From NCBI GenBank assembly GCA_938035125.1, contig CALHNS010000005.1:8469-72468 (forward strand): a stretch of DNA of 64,000 bases, given 5' to 3'. Below, piece by piece: positions 7,960-16,720 of the stretch (position 1 is the stretch's first letter; every line of letters starts with the position of its first letter). The notes under the pieces were generated by a model that did no database searches, was not told the origin of the DNA, and saw nothing but the letters and a program-made list of their open reading frames with translations. A program made the position numbers and the translations under genes. The DNA comes from an uncultured Granulosicoccaceae bacterium. GTDB taxonomy: Bacteria; Pseudomonadota; Gammaproteobacteria; Granulosicoccales; Granulosicoccaceae.

Positions 7960-8879
7960 TGAAACTCTTACGCATAAGAAGCTGGTGGCAATCCGATTTA
8001 TTTTGGTCTTGGCGACGATCACCTGTGGCGATTGTGGCCACCTTGCTGTTCTTGTTACTGGTACTGGCTTCTGTGTTTGCACCACTCGTGGCGCCCTACA
8101 CCCCTTTCGATCCAGCCACCTTAAATTTAATGGACGGGTTCACAGCCCCTGGCGAAAAAGGTTTGGGATCGGGAAACTATTACTGGCTGGGTACAGACGA
8201 TCAAGGTCGTGATTTATATTCAGCCATTTTGTACGGCATGAGGCTGTCATTATTTATTGGGGTAATGGCTGTTGCACTTGCGGCCACTTTAGGTATTTCA
8301 CTGGGGTTAATTGCAGGTTATGTCGGGGGATGGACCGATGCCATCATTATGCGCATTGCCGATATACAACTCACTTTCCCATCCATATTGGTCGCCTTAT
8401 TAATTTTTGGTGTTGCCCGTGGCCTTACCCCACCTGAACTTCGCGATCAAATGGCCGTATGGGTTTTAATCATTTCCATCGGCTTATCCGACTGGGTGCA
8501 ATTTGCCCGCACGGTTCGAAGCTCTGCCATGGTCGAATCTAAAAAAGAATACATACAGGCTGCAAAATTAATTGGTAGAAGCCCGTGGGTTATTTTGCGA
8601 AAACATCTGCTACCCAATGTAATGAGCCCCGTTTTAGTTATCGCCACCATCTCTTTGGCTTTGGCCATTATTCTTGAAGCCACTTTGTCGTTCCTCGGGG
8701 TTGGCGCACCACCCACAAAGCCGTCTTTGGGCACCTTAATTCGAATCGGCCAAGACTTTTTATTCGCCGGAGAATGGTGGATTATTTTGTTCCCATCCTT
8801 AACCTTATTAGTGCTTGCCTTGTCAGTAAATCTATTAGGTGATTGGTTGCGCGATGTATTGAACCCGAAACTGCGTTAA
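7959..8879 (+). CDS. ABC transporter permease (DppC/OppC-like)
   Basis: 306 aa. Contains GTDDQGRDLYS, the motif typical of OppC/DppC N-terminal loops. The start overlaps the upstream stop by 1 nt. Confidence 0.9.
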   Translation: MKLLRIRSWWQSDLFWSWRRSPVAIVATLLFLLLVLASVFAPLVAPYTPFDPATLNLMDGFTAPGEKGLGSGNYYWLGTDDQGRDLYSAILYGMRLSLFIGVMAVALAATLGISLGLIAGYVGGWTDAIIMRIADIQLTFPSILVALLIFGVARGLTPPELRDQMAVWVLIISIGLSDWVQFARTVRSSAMVESKKEYIQAAKLIGRSPWVILRKHLLPNVMSPVLVIATISLALAIILEATLSFLGVGAPPTKPSLGTLIRIGQDFLFAGEWWIILFPSLTLLVLALSVNLLGDWLRDVLNPKLR

Positions 8880-8882
8880 GCC

Positions 8883-9893
8883 ATGAGCGAAAATAACTTA
8901 CTCGATGTTAAAGACTTGGTGGTGGAAATTCCCACTCGCCGTGGCCTGTTGCAACCGGTAAATGGCGTTAGCTTTTCCATAGCTGCTGGTGAAATTGTTG
9001 GCGTGGTGGGCGAATCGGGCGCGGGAAAATCCATTACCGGTGCTGCCCTTATTGGGTTATTGGATAAACCTGCGCGCATTGGAAGTGGCACCGTACATTT
9101 AAACGGCAAGTTAATCAGCTCATTAAGTGAAGCACAGCTTCGCACGGTTAGAGGCCGGCAAATTGGCACCGTTTTTCAAGACCCTTTAACAAGCCTCGAC
9201 CCACTTATGTCAGTGGGTAATCAATTAGCTGAAACCGCCATGGCGCATTTAGAGATCAGCCGATCAGATGCGCGCAAAAAAGCACTGCAGGCGTTGATCG
9301 ATGTAGGAATACCTGCAGCAAAAACGCGCCTTGATGCTTACCCACACGAATTTTCTGGTGGCATGCGGCAACGTGTTGTGATTGCCCTGGCACTAATTGG
9401 CGAACCAGACTTAATCATTGCTGATGAACCCACAACCGCGTTGGATGTATCCGTTCAAGCTCAGGTACTTATGCTGTTAAAACGCTTATGTCGCGAACGA
9501 AATACCGGTGTGATGCTAATCACTCACGACATGGGTGTCATTGCAGAAACCACCGATCGAGTGGTGGTGCTGTACGCCGGACGCGTGGCAGAAATTGGTA
9601 ACACGAAAGAGGTGATAACAGCCTCTAATCACCCTTACACCAAAGGGTTGGTTGGCGCCACACCGAACCCATCCAATACCGATGATGAAAACGTTCGACT
9701 CAACCAAATTCCAGGCTCAATGCCTGGGCTTCTTTCACTGCCCACCGGATGCCCATTCAATCCGCGTTGCAATGAAGTGATGGAGGTATGCAAAACCACC
9801 TTGCCCGTATTAACCCCTTACAAGCAATCTACCATTGCCTGTCATCTGGCATCACATCATGCATCTCATCTGCCATCAGAGAAAACCTCATGA
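8883..9893 (+). CDS. ABC transporter ATP-binding protein (DppD/OppD-like)
   Basis: Walker A GESGAGKS, signature FSGGMRQR, Walker B LIIADEPT. C-terminal oligopeptide-type extension with Cys residues. Confidence 0.9.
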   Translation: MSENNLLDVKDLVVEIPTRRGLLQPVNGVSFSIAAGEIVGVVGESGAGKSITGAALIGLLDKPARIGSGTVHLNGKLISSLSEAQLRTVRGRQIGTVFQDPLTSLDPLMSVGNQLAETAMAHLEISRSDARKKALQALIDVGIPAAKTRLDAYPHEFSGGMRQRVVIALALIGEPDLIIADEPTTALDVSVQAQVLMLLKRLCRERNTGVMLITHDMGVIAETTDRVVVLYAGRVAEIGNTKEVITASNHPYTKGLVGATPNPSNTDDENVRLNQIPGSMPGLLSLPTGCPFNPRCNEVMEVCKTTLPVLTPYKQSTIACHLASHHASHLPSEKTS

Positions 9894-10873
9894 AAGAGCC
9901 TCTGGTTAGCGTTCAAAATTTATCCCGAACCTTTGATGTATCTAAGCCATGGCTTAATCGATTACTCTCAGCAGAAGGTCGTCGCACGCTCACCGCCGTT
10001 GACGGCGTTGACTTCAATATTGAACGAGGCACCACCTATGCGTTAGTGGGTGAAAGTGGCTCAGGAAAATCAACCATTGCCAAAATGCTGGTGGGCTTAT
10101 TAAAACCGAGCTCTGGCATCGTTCACATCGATGGCGTTGATTTGGTAACCGCCAGTGCCGATAAAATCGCGGCCACTCGTAAACGAATTCAAATGATTTT
10201 CCAAGACCCTTACGCAAGCCTTAACCCGCGTTGGCGGGTGCGCGATATCGTGGCAGAGCCCATTGTTGCATTTAAAAATGTATCCGCAAAAGAACAGCAT
10301 TACCAAGTGGACGAACTACTTGAAAAAGTGGGTATGTCTTCAAAAGATGCCGATAAATTCCCCCATGAATTTTCCGGTGGACAAAGACAACGCATTGGTA
10401 TTGCTAGAGCACTAGCCGCAGAGCCTGAATTTATCGTATGCGATGAGCCTACTTCGGCATTGGATGTATCCGTGCAAGCCCAAGTGCTTAACTTGATGCG
10501 TGATTTACAACGCGACCTAGGGTTAACCTATTTATTTATTACACACGACTTAGCCGTCGTGCGTTACATGGCCGACCATGTAGGCGTTTTGTACTTGGGG
10601 CGTTTAATTGAATCTGCACCGCGTGCAGAGTTGTTTCAAAACCCTGCACACCCTTATACCCAAATGCTAATCGATGCCGCACCGCGAGTTGATGGGTTTG
10701 GTAGAAACCATGAGCCCAGCGATGGCGAGATTCCTGATCCTATTTCACCGCCGTCTGGGTGTCATTTTCACCCACGTTGTAAGCAACGTTCTGATCAATG
10801 CGACCACCAAGTACCCGAGGTCATTCACTTTGGAACTAGAACCGTGAGCTGCTTACTTCATGGAAACAAATAA
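9890..10873 (+). CDS. ABC transporter ATP-binding protein (DppF/OppF-like)
   Basis: ORF track starts at 9788. I prefer the ATG at 9890 (MKEPLVSVQNLS), which overlaps the upstream stop as ATGA. Walker A GESGSGKS, signature FSGGQRQR, Walker B FIVCDEPT. Confidence 0.9.
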   Translation: MKEPLVSVQNLSRTFDVSKPWLNRLLSAEGRRTLTAVDGVDFNIERGTTYALVGESGSGKSTIAKMLVGLLKPSSGIVHIDGVDLVTASADKIAATRKRIQMIFQDPYASLNPRWRVRDIVAEPIVAFKNVSAKEQHYQVDELLEKVGMSSKDADKFPHEFSGGQRQRIGIARALAAEPEFIVCDEPTSALDVSVQAQVLNLMRDLQRDLGLTYLFITHDLAVVRYMADHVGVLYLGRLIESAPRAELFQNPAHPYTQMLIDAAPRVDGFGRNHEPSDGEIPDPISPPSGCHFHPRCKQRSDQCDHQVPEVIHFGTRTVSCLLHGNK

Positions 10874-10899
10874 CGTAATCGATCGATCTTCACTGGGCT

Positions 10900-12399
10900 T
10901 TAAGGCAACAACACCGCTCGCCCCATAAAGCTTGGGTCGCGCCATGTGAAATCATTATCATCACCGTTGCCTGTTGGGTGCGCCCAGCCCCATTTAGAAT
11001 CTCGATCACCGGCATCATCATCGTCATCGATTTGCAATTCAAACCCAAAGGTGCGGCCCAATTCAATATTTACATCACTGATGCGAATAGCAAATTCGTA
11101 CACATCTTGATTAGTACCACTGGATGCAAATTCAGCGGGTGCACTGGGCCCTTGTAGAGGACCTGTTGAAAACACAATTCCTGCAGGCAACGCTACAGAA
11201 TTTACCGAACGAAAAATATTGGGCGTGGCATCTGAACTGCTGTTCGATCCGGATGCTTCGGAATTCAACATCATCAAATGCATACTGAAATCATCCACTT
11301 GATCATAAGTTTGAAGTTGGCTGTTATCGCCATCCACAAAAACCTCAATACTATCGTCACGCCAAGGCTTGGCCACTTCTCGCGAATCGAAGTGATGCAA
11401 ACCCGCATCATCAACAATTACTAACACGTACAACCAAGTACCATCATGCATCGCTAACCAATGGTGATTTTCTGCAGACGTTGCAAAGCCTTCGGATGCA
11501 AACATTAAGTTATCAATAGACAAGCGATTCCCATCCACATCGGCTTGTACCGCGTTAGCCCATTCACCACTAAAACGGGTAGTGCCAGGCTCATAGTCAC
11601 CTGCGCGCCCATCAATGATGGGTACGCTTAAAGGATCCACTCGTGGAATACGAACGCTTGCGTCTAAAAAGTCTTGGCTTACATCCAAAACATTGTCAGC
11701 GTTGGTGCCTTCCACAAGCTCTGTAAGATTTCCAATGCCATCGCCATCCGAGTCTAAGTCTCGATCATAAGATTCAGGGCTAATGTCCACTTCATCGTCG
11801 ATTGGAGCTTGCAGCTGAATTTCAGCCTCTAGTACAACCAATTCTTCGCCGTTCACGGTTGTTGCCCATTGCAACAAACCATTCCATTGAGCTTGATCGT
11901 CTAGCGGCACCTCACCTGTCCAGTGATCGTCTGCATCGCAACATATGAGCTCTACACGGCTGCCATCGTCACTGACTAATACGGGCTCAAATTCCACTAA
12001 ACCCGCTGACAGCGCTAATAGAGGGGGTTCAGCTACCCGCACCCGGCCAGTGGTGAAAGCACCCGTTGGCGGCTCGACAATGCTCATTGGGGACGCCGAC
12101 ATATCAGAATCCGATAGGCTATCGCTGTCTGATGCTTCCACGGGGGCTTCCACGGGGGCTTCCGGGGTGGCTTCCGGGGTGGCTTCAATAAAGGCGTCCA
12201 CAGGAGCGTCCATGGAGGCCTCAACAACCGGTGAATCGAATACAACGGGAGCCACTGGCTCAGGCAGCATCGCAGACGCATTTGCGGATGGCGTCACAAC
12301 AGCGCTCTGTACCACCGATTCAGGTGAATCGATATTCACTTGTCGATCACATCCCGAAATCGAAATGAGTAAAAACAACCACAGTGTCGAACGGATCAT
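10900..12399 (-). CDS. lipoprotein with C-terminal CBM9-like domain (paralogue of 77..1393)
   Basis: Lipobox LLISISGC, then a low-complexity Glu/Ala/Pro/Thr and Ser/Asp linker. TSP3-like DLDSDGDGIGNLTE. CBM9-like blocks IDGRAGDYE, WLAMHDGTWLYVLV, WRDDSIEVFVDGD, YEFAIRI, GFELQIDDDDD, TWRDPSFMGRAVL run parallel to the 77..1393 product. Confidence 0.7.
   Translation of the reverse strand: MIRSTLWLFLLISISGCDRQVNIDSPESVVQSAVVTPSANASAMLPEPVAPVVFDSPVVEASMDAPVDAFIEATPEATPEAPVEAPVEASDSDSLSDSDMSASPMSIVEPPTGAFTTGRVRVAEPPLLALSAGLVEFEPVLVSDDGSRVELICCDADDHWTGEVPLDDQAQWNGLLQWATTVNGEELVVLEAEIQLQAPIDDEVDISPESYDRDLDSDGDGIGNLTELVEGTNADNVLDVSQDFLDASVRIPRVDPLSVPIIDGRAGDYEPGTTRFSGEWANAVQADVDGNRLSIDNLMFASEGFATSAENHHWLAMHDGTWLYVLVIVDDAGLHHFDSREVAKPWRDDSIEVFVDGDNSQLQTYDQVDDFSMHLMMLNSEASGSNSSSDATPNIFRSVNSVALPAGIVFSTGPLQGPSAPAEFASSGTNQDVYEFAIRISDVNIELGRTFGFELQIDDDDDAGDRDSKWGWAHPTGNGDDNDFTWRDPSFMGRAVLLP
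12134..12186. repeat. in-frame 12-bp tandem repeat (GCTTCCACGGGG)2(GCTTCCGGGGTG)2 plus a partial unit
   Basis: Read directly from the sequence. It encodes EATPEATPEAPVEAPVEA in the linker of the 10900..12399 product. Confidence 0.85.
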
Positions 12400-12578
12400 A
12401 TAAATTCTCTTTCCTTGGCTTTGTGCCTACGGATTGATGCTGTCTGGCCTCACCAGAGTGACTTCCGGGGTACCAGAATCCCATGGTATAGCTCCTTGAG
12501 TACTACAGGTACTGTTCAAGGCAAATTGAAAAACAATTTCACAGCCTTACCGCTACAGTTCAACGCAGGAAAATTCCT

Positions 12579-13694
12579 ATGCACATCGGTGTTCCAAAAG
12601 AAATAAAAGACAATGAAAATCGGGTAGGTATGACCCCTACCAGTGTTCGCGAAGTGGTTGCTGCTGGCCATTCGGTGAGTGTTGAAACCGCCTGCGGCCA
12701 GGGCATTAGTAAATCTGATGATGACTACCGCGCCGCCGGCGCTACTGTCGTGAAGACCCCAGACGAGCTATTCGCCAACTGCGACATGATTGTGAAAGTA
12801 AAAGAGCCGCAGGCTGTCGAGCGCGCCATGCTGCGAGAAGGACAGATTCTTTTCACGTACTTGCACTTAGCACCAGACCCCGATCAAACCAAAGATTTGG
12901 TAGACAGTGGCGCGGTTTGTATTGCCTATGAAACCGTCACTGACCCCGACGGCGGCTTACCCTTATTAGCCCCTATGTCAAAAGTGGCTGGCCGCATGGC
13001 AGTTCAAGCTGGCGCCTATGCCTTAGAAAAGCCACACGGCGGATTGGGCATGCTACTGGGCGGTGTACCTGGCGTAGACCCAGCTAAAGTCGTTGTTCTC
13101 GGTGCAGGTGTTGTGGGCACTCATGCCACACACATTGCGGTAGGTATGGGAGCAGATGTTTGGGTGCTCGATAGAAACCCTAAGGTTATTGAAAAGCACT
13201 GGGAGCAATTTGGCCGCGGAACAAATTCCGTATTCTCAACCGCTGATTCATTAGAGCACCACTTACTAACGGCTGATTTGGTTATTGGCGCTGTACTTAT
13301 TCCAGGTGCATCAGCACCAAAACTCATCACAAAAGATATCGTGAAGCGAATGAAGCCAGGCGCTGTCATCGTTGATGTAGCCATTGACCAAGGTGGATGC
13401 AGTGAAACATCGAAGGCCACCACTCACGCAGAGCCAACTTATATCGTTGACGACGTGGTTCACTACTGTGTAGCTAACATGCCAGGTGGTGTTCCACTAA
13501 CATCAACCTATGCACTGAACAACGTAACCCTTCCCCATATCATGGCTTTAGCCAACAAAGGCTGGAAGCAAGCGTTAACAGACAATCCACACTTAAAAGC
13601 TGGGCTTAATGTGTGTAATGGAAAAGTCACCTATAAAGAAGTAGCTGAAACACTGGGCTACGAATACGTAAACTCCGATTCACTTATTGGTTAA
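12579..13694 (+). CDS. ald: alanine dehydrogenase
   Basis: 371 aa. MHIGVPKEIKDNENRVGMTP N-terminus, VVVLGAGVVG Rossmann motif, VDVAIDQGG. Classic Ald signature. Confidence 0.95.
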   Translation: MHIGVPKEIKDNENRVGMTPTSVREVVAAGHSVSVETACGQGISKSDDDYRAAGATVVKTPDELFANCDMIVKVKEPQAVERAMLREGQILFTYLHLAPDPDQTKDLVDSGAVCIAYETVTDPDGGLPLLAPMSKVAGRMAVQAGAYALEKPHGGLGMLLGGVPGVDPAKVVVLGAGVVGTHATHIAVGMGADVWVLDRNPKVIEKHWEQFGRGTNSVFSTADSLEHHLLTADLVIGAVLIPGASAPKLITKDIVKRMKPGAVIVDVAIDQGGCSETSKATTHAEPTYIVDDVVHYCVANMPGGVPLTSTYALNNVTLPHIMALANKGWKQALTDNPHLKAGLNVCNGKVTYKEVAETLGYEYVNSDSLIG

Positions 13695-13731
13695 TACACA
13701 ACGCTCTTTTCTGTATGATCGACGTTCAGGC

Positions 13732-13764
13732 ACCGGCTCCTTTTTAGGGGCCGGTTCTGTTTTC
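13732..13764 (+). terminator. rho-independent terminator after ald
   Basis: ACCGGCTCC/GGGGCCGGT stem (one wobble), 6-nt loop, followed by the T-rich TCTGTTTTC. Confidence 0.5.
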
Positions 13765-13786
13765 GTTGATATAAAAAGAGGCACAC

Positions 13787-14785
13787 ATGATTCGTTTTGG
13801 CGTTTTATCTACGGCAAAAATAGGCGCACAACAAGTACTGCCTGCCATACAACAATCTCAACATGCTCGCATAACTGCTGTCGCATCCCGTGACGAGAAA
13901 AAAGCGAAGAAGCTTGCCAAAACTATTGGCGCACCTTTGTCGTTTGGCAGTTACGAAGCACTACTGAATAGCGATGAAATAGACGCTGTATACGTTCCAC
14001 TACCTACCGCTCACCACATCGAATGGACCCTAAAAGCCGCTGCTGCGGGCAAACATGTATTGTGTGAAAAACCGATTGCTTTAAAAGCTGCAGAGATTAA
14101 AAAAGTGATTAAGGCGCGCGATAAATACCGCGTGCAGATTTCTGAAGCGTTTATGGTTACCTATCATCCGCAATGGTTAAAAGTTAAAGACTTAATCAAA
14201 AGTGGAAAAATTGGCGACCTGCGTCATGTGCAAGGGGCGTTTTGCTATCACAATATCGACCCAACCAATATGCGCAATCGCCCAGAACTCGGTGGCGGCG
14301 TTTTACCTGACATTGGCGTGTACCCAACCGTTGTAACCCGATTCGTTACTGGCCTTGAACCAAAGCGCGTGCAAGCAAACGTTAATTTTGATTCGACGTT
14401 TAAAACCGATAGCTACTCCAGCATTAAAGCCGAATTCGATTCGTTTGAATTGTCTTTTTATGTATCTACCCAAATGGCGTTAAGGCAGCATATGGTGTTT
14501 CACGGAACCAAAGGCTTTATCGAAATAAACGCACCATTTAACAGTAATATTTACGAAGGGTCCACCGTTCAACTGCACAACGCTAATCATAGCGATGTTA
14601 AAACGTATCATTTTTTTAACATCAATCAATATACCCTTCAAGCCGATGCTTTTGCTCAAGCGATTAAATCTAAATCCAAAGGCAAGACCACGATATTTTC
14701 GTTAGAAGACTCTTTAAAAAATCAACAAATGATTGATGCCGTGTACGCATCGGGTAAAAGCGGCGGTAACTGGCGAAAAGTCTAA
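13787..14785 (+). CDS. Gfo/Idh/MocA family oxidoreductase
   Basis: 332 aa. IRFGVLSTAKIG N-terminal nucleotide-binding fold, EKP motif (VLCEKPIA), C-terminal alpha/beta domain. Confidence 0.85.
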   Translation: MIRFGVLSTAKIGAQQVLPAIQQSQHARITAVASRDEKKAKKLAKTIGAPLSFGSYEALLNSDEIDAVYVPLPTAHHIEWTLKAAAAGKHVLCEKPIALKAAEIKKVIKARDKYRVQISEAFMVTYHPQWLKVKDLIKSGKIGDLRHVQGAFCYHNIDPTNMRNRPELGGGVLPDIGVYPTVVTRFVTGLEPKRVQANVNFDSTFKTDSYSSIKAEFDSFELSFYVSTQMALRQHMVFHGTKGFIEINAPFNSNIYEGSTVQLHNANHSDVKTYHFFNINQYTLQADAFAQAIKSKSKGKTTIFSLEDSLKNQQMIDAVYASGKSGGNWRKV

Positions 14786-14953
14786 GATTTCCTCATTAGA
14801 TTTCTCCAGACGCGCAAGGTTAATCACTCACCACAGGCACCCCGCCAATAACAACCAGACGACTGACGCTCTTCAATTTAAGAAATAAAGCCGGTAGGCA
14901 CGATTCCCGCTTATCACTCGTATAATTCATTTGCAGCCCCCGGTGAGTCGATT

Positions 14954-15268
14954 ATGAGCGCAGCAAACCAACCTTCTCCTGAGCGGGATGAAGACTACTT
15001 TGAAGAGCCTGATTACGAACAATTCAGCGACGAAGAGCTTGATGCGCTGGCGCGTGGCGAATCGATAGACACAATAAAGGCTAACCAGAAGAAACCTTCT
15101 TCAGCGATGAAAAAAGATATTCCCGCCAGCTATTCTGTGGAAGATGATCTGGAGCCAGAAGAGATTGATCCTGCCTTAGAACAGGAACTTCGGGCAGAAT
15201 TTGATGCTGAGGAGTTAGGCGATTCTGATGATTGGGATCAATCAGACGATGATTTTGATGAATTGTAA
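14954..15268 (+). CDS. hypothetical highly acidic small protein
   Basis: 104-aa ORF rich in Asp/Glu (DDWDQSDDDFDEL tail). A TATAAT at 14921-14926 lies upstream. No family recognised. Confidence 0.45.
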   Translation: MSAANQPSPERDEDYFEEPDYEQFSDEELDALARGESIDTIKANQKKPSSAMKKDIPASYSVEDDLEPEEIDPALEQELRAEFDAEELGDSDDWDQSDDDFDEL

Positions 15269-15299
15269 TGATGCTTTGAAATCACTTAGGCAAATTCCA

Positions 15300-15340
15300 G
15301 CAATTAGCAATTAGCAATTAGCAATTAGCAATTACAATTT
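15300..15340. repeat. heptanucleotide microsatellite (GCAATTA)5 plus a degenerate sixth unit
   Basis: Read directly: five perfect GCAATTA units at 15300-15334, then CAATTT. Lies between the convergent 3' ends of 14954..15268 and yigZ. Confidence 0.9.
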
Positions 15341-15383
15341 GTCATTCCCAACTCGCAACTCACGGTAACGTACAAATTAAGAG

Positions 15384-15989
15384 CTACTTTTCATCTTCAT
15401 GCCAGGTAGCCCCTAACACCTTAAGCACAGATTCCAACGCACCCCATTGATGCGCAGGATAAGCAAGTTGTATTCGCACATGATCAGAAAAGTCACGGGT
15501 TTCAATGGTGGTATCTAACGCCACTATTCGATGTTCTAAAGAGGCAAGACTCGAGTAATCTAGCGCCACTTCTATCATTTCTTTAAGCACGATTTTTTGG
15601 GTTATCGTTTGACTTAACGCCTCGCTAACCGATTGGGTATAGGCCCTGACTAATCCACCAGCGCCTAATTTTACTCCACCAAAATATCGCGTCACCACCA
15701 CCAAGGTATTACCAAACCCAGAGTGCACTAATACATTAAGCATGGGTTTTCCTGCCGTACCGCGCGGTTCACCATCATCACTTTGATCTTGTTGAAACAC
15801 GTCGTTAGGCTTGCCTGCCACCATCGCCCAGCAATGGTGATTAGCATCTGGCCACGTATTTCTTACTTCCACTAGCGCTGCCTTAGCAGACTCTTTTCCT
15901 TGCACAGGAACCACGCTGGTTATAAAGCGGCTGCGTTTAATATCCAGTTCGAACTTTTGAGCACGGTTGGGAGCAAGGTATTCATCCAT
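15384..15989 (-). CDS. yigZ: IMPACT/YigZ family protein
   Basis: ORF track extends to a GTG at 16028. I prefer the ATG at 15989 (MDEYLAPNRAQKFELDIKRSRFITSV), which matches the YigZ N-terminus. NHHCWA and GEPRGTAG motifs present. Confidence 0.85.
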   Translation of the reverse strand: MDEYLAPNRAQKFELDIKRSRFITSVVPVQGKESAKAALVEVRNTWPDANHHCWAMVAGKPNDVFQQDQSDDGEPRGTAGKPMLNVLVHSGFGNTLVVVTRYFGGVKLGAGGLVRAYTQSVSEALSQTITQKIVLKEMIEVALDYSSLASLEHRIVALDTTIETRDFSDHVRIQLAYPAHQWGALESVLKVLGATWHEDEK

Positions 15990-16030
15990 TACGTTATATT
16001 GTAAATCACCATTGTTAAGAGCACCCACCC

Positions 16031-16720
16031 TTGTTATTCCTGATTCCTATTGTTGCATTTATTTTGCTGCTAATCGGCCCAAGCCTTTGGGTGCGATGGG
16101 TAATGGCGCGTTACCGGATGGATCTAGCAGGTATTCCAGGCACAGGCGCACAGCTGGTAACTCATTTAAGTGAACGATTTGAGATTTCCGATCTGGTGGT
16201 AGAAAAAACCGGTAATTTGCAAGATCATTTTGATCCCAGCGCCCCTGCCATTCGCTTATCACCGGCAAACTACGACGGTCGATCACTCACTGCTGTGGCA
16301 GTCGCTGCGCACGAGATCGGTCATGCCATTCAATGGTCAAGAAAAGAAACCGTATTCAAGCTACGAACACGTTATGTACCGCTAGCAAGACGGTTGCAAC
16401 GCATTGGCATTTTCATGGTGAGCATCTCCCCCATCCTAGGCCTTATCACGCGGCATCCCATTGGTGTTATTGGGCCTGTGGTTGGCGGTGTGGTTGCGGC
16501 TATTGCTGGGGCGGCAACCTATCTTATTGTGTTGCCAGAAGAATGGGATGCAAGCTTTAATAAAGCACTTCCCCTATTAATTGAAGGAGGTTATATCTCT
16601 GATGCACAAGAACCAGCGGTACGAAGAATACTGAAAGCGGCTGCACTGACTTACGCAAGCAGCGCGTTATTCTCCGTTCTGGCCGTGTGGCGCTGGTTAC
16701 CCTTACTACTCAGACGTTAG
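16031..16720 (+). CDS. zinc metallopeptidase, YugP/Zn_peptidase_2 family
   Basis: 229 aa. N-terminal TM, HEIGHAIQ zinc motif, C-terminal TM helices. TTG start. Confidence 0.8.
   Translation: MLFLIPIVAFILLLIGPSLWVRWVMARYRMDLAGIPGTGAQLVTHLSERFEISDLVVEKTGNLQDHFDPSAPAIRLSPANYDGRSLTAVAVAAHEIGHAIQWSRKETVFKLRTRYVPLARRLQRIGIFMVSISPILGLITRHPIGVIGPVVGGVVAAIAGAATYLIVLPEEWDASFNKALPLLIEGGYISDAQEPAVRRILKAAALTYASSALFSVLAVWRWLPLLLRR

Noticed and set aside
9788-9889. 34-codon N-terminal extension of the second ABC ATPase given by the ORF track.
   Set aside because: The extension lies entirely inside the upstream ATPase gene. The ATG at 9890 forms an ATGA overlap and yields a normal N-terminus.
11945-12403. 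152-aa plus-strand ORF antisense to the CBM9-like lipoprotein gene.
   Set aside because: Ser/Thr/Gly/Ala low-complexity product generated by the antisense of the acidic/Pro-rich linker. The minus-strand frame has clear signal peptide and domain signatures.
15300-15340. The heptamer array (and the 42214-42350 hexamer array) as a CRISPR array.
   Set aside because: The units are contiguous, with no spacers, and far shorter than CRISPR repeats. There are no cas genes.
15989-16031. Very short divergent spacer between yigZ and the Zn-peptidase gene (41 nt, or 2 nt with the GTG start).
   Set aside because: It depends on uncertain start codons (GTG/TTG alternatives). Compact divergent promoters are common, so it was not pursued.
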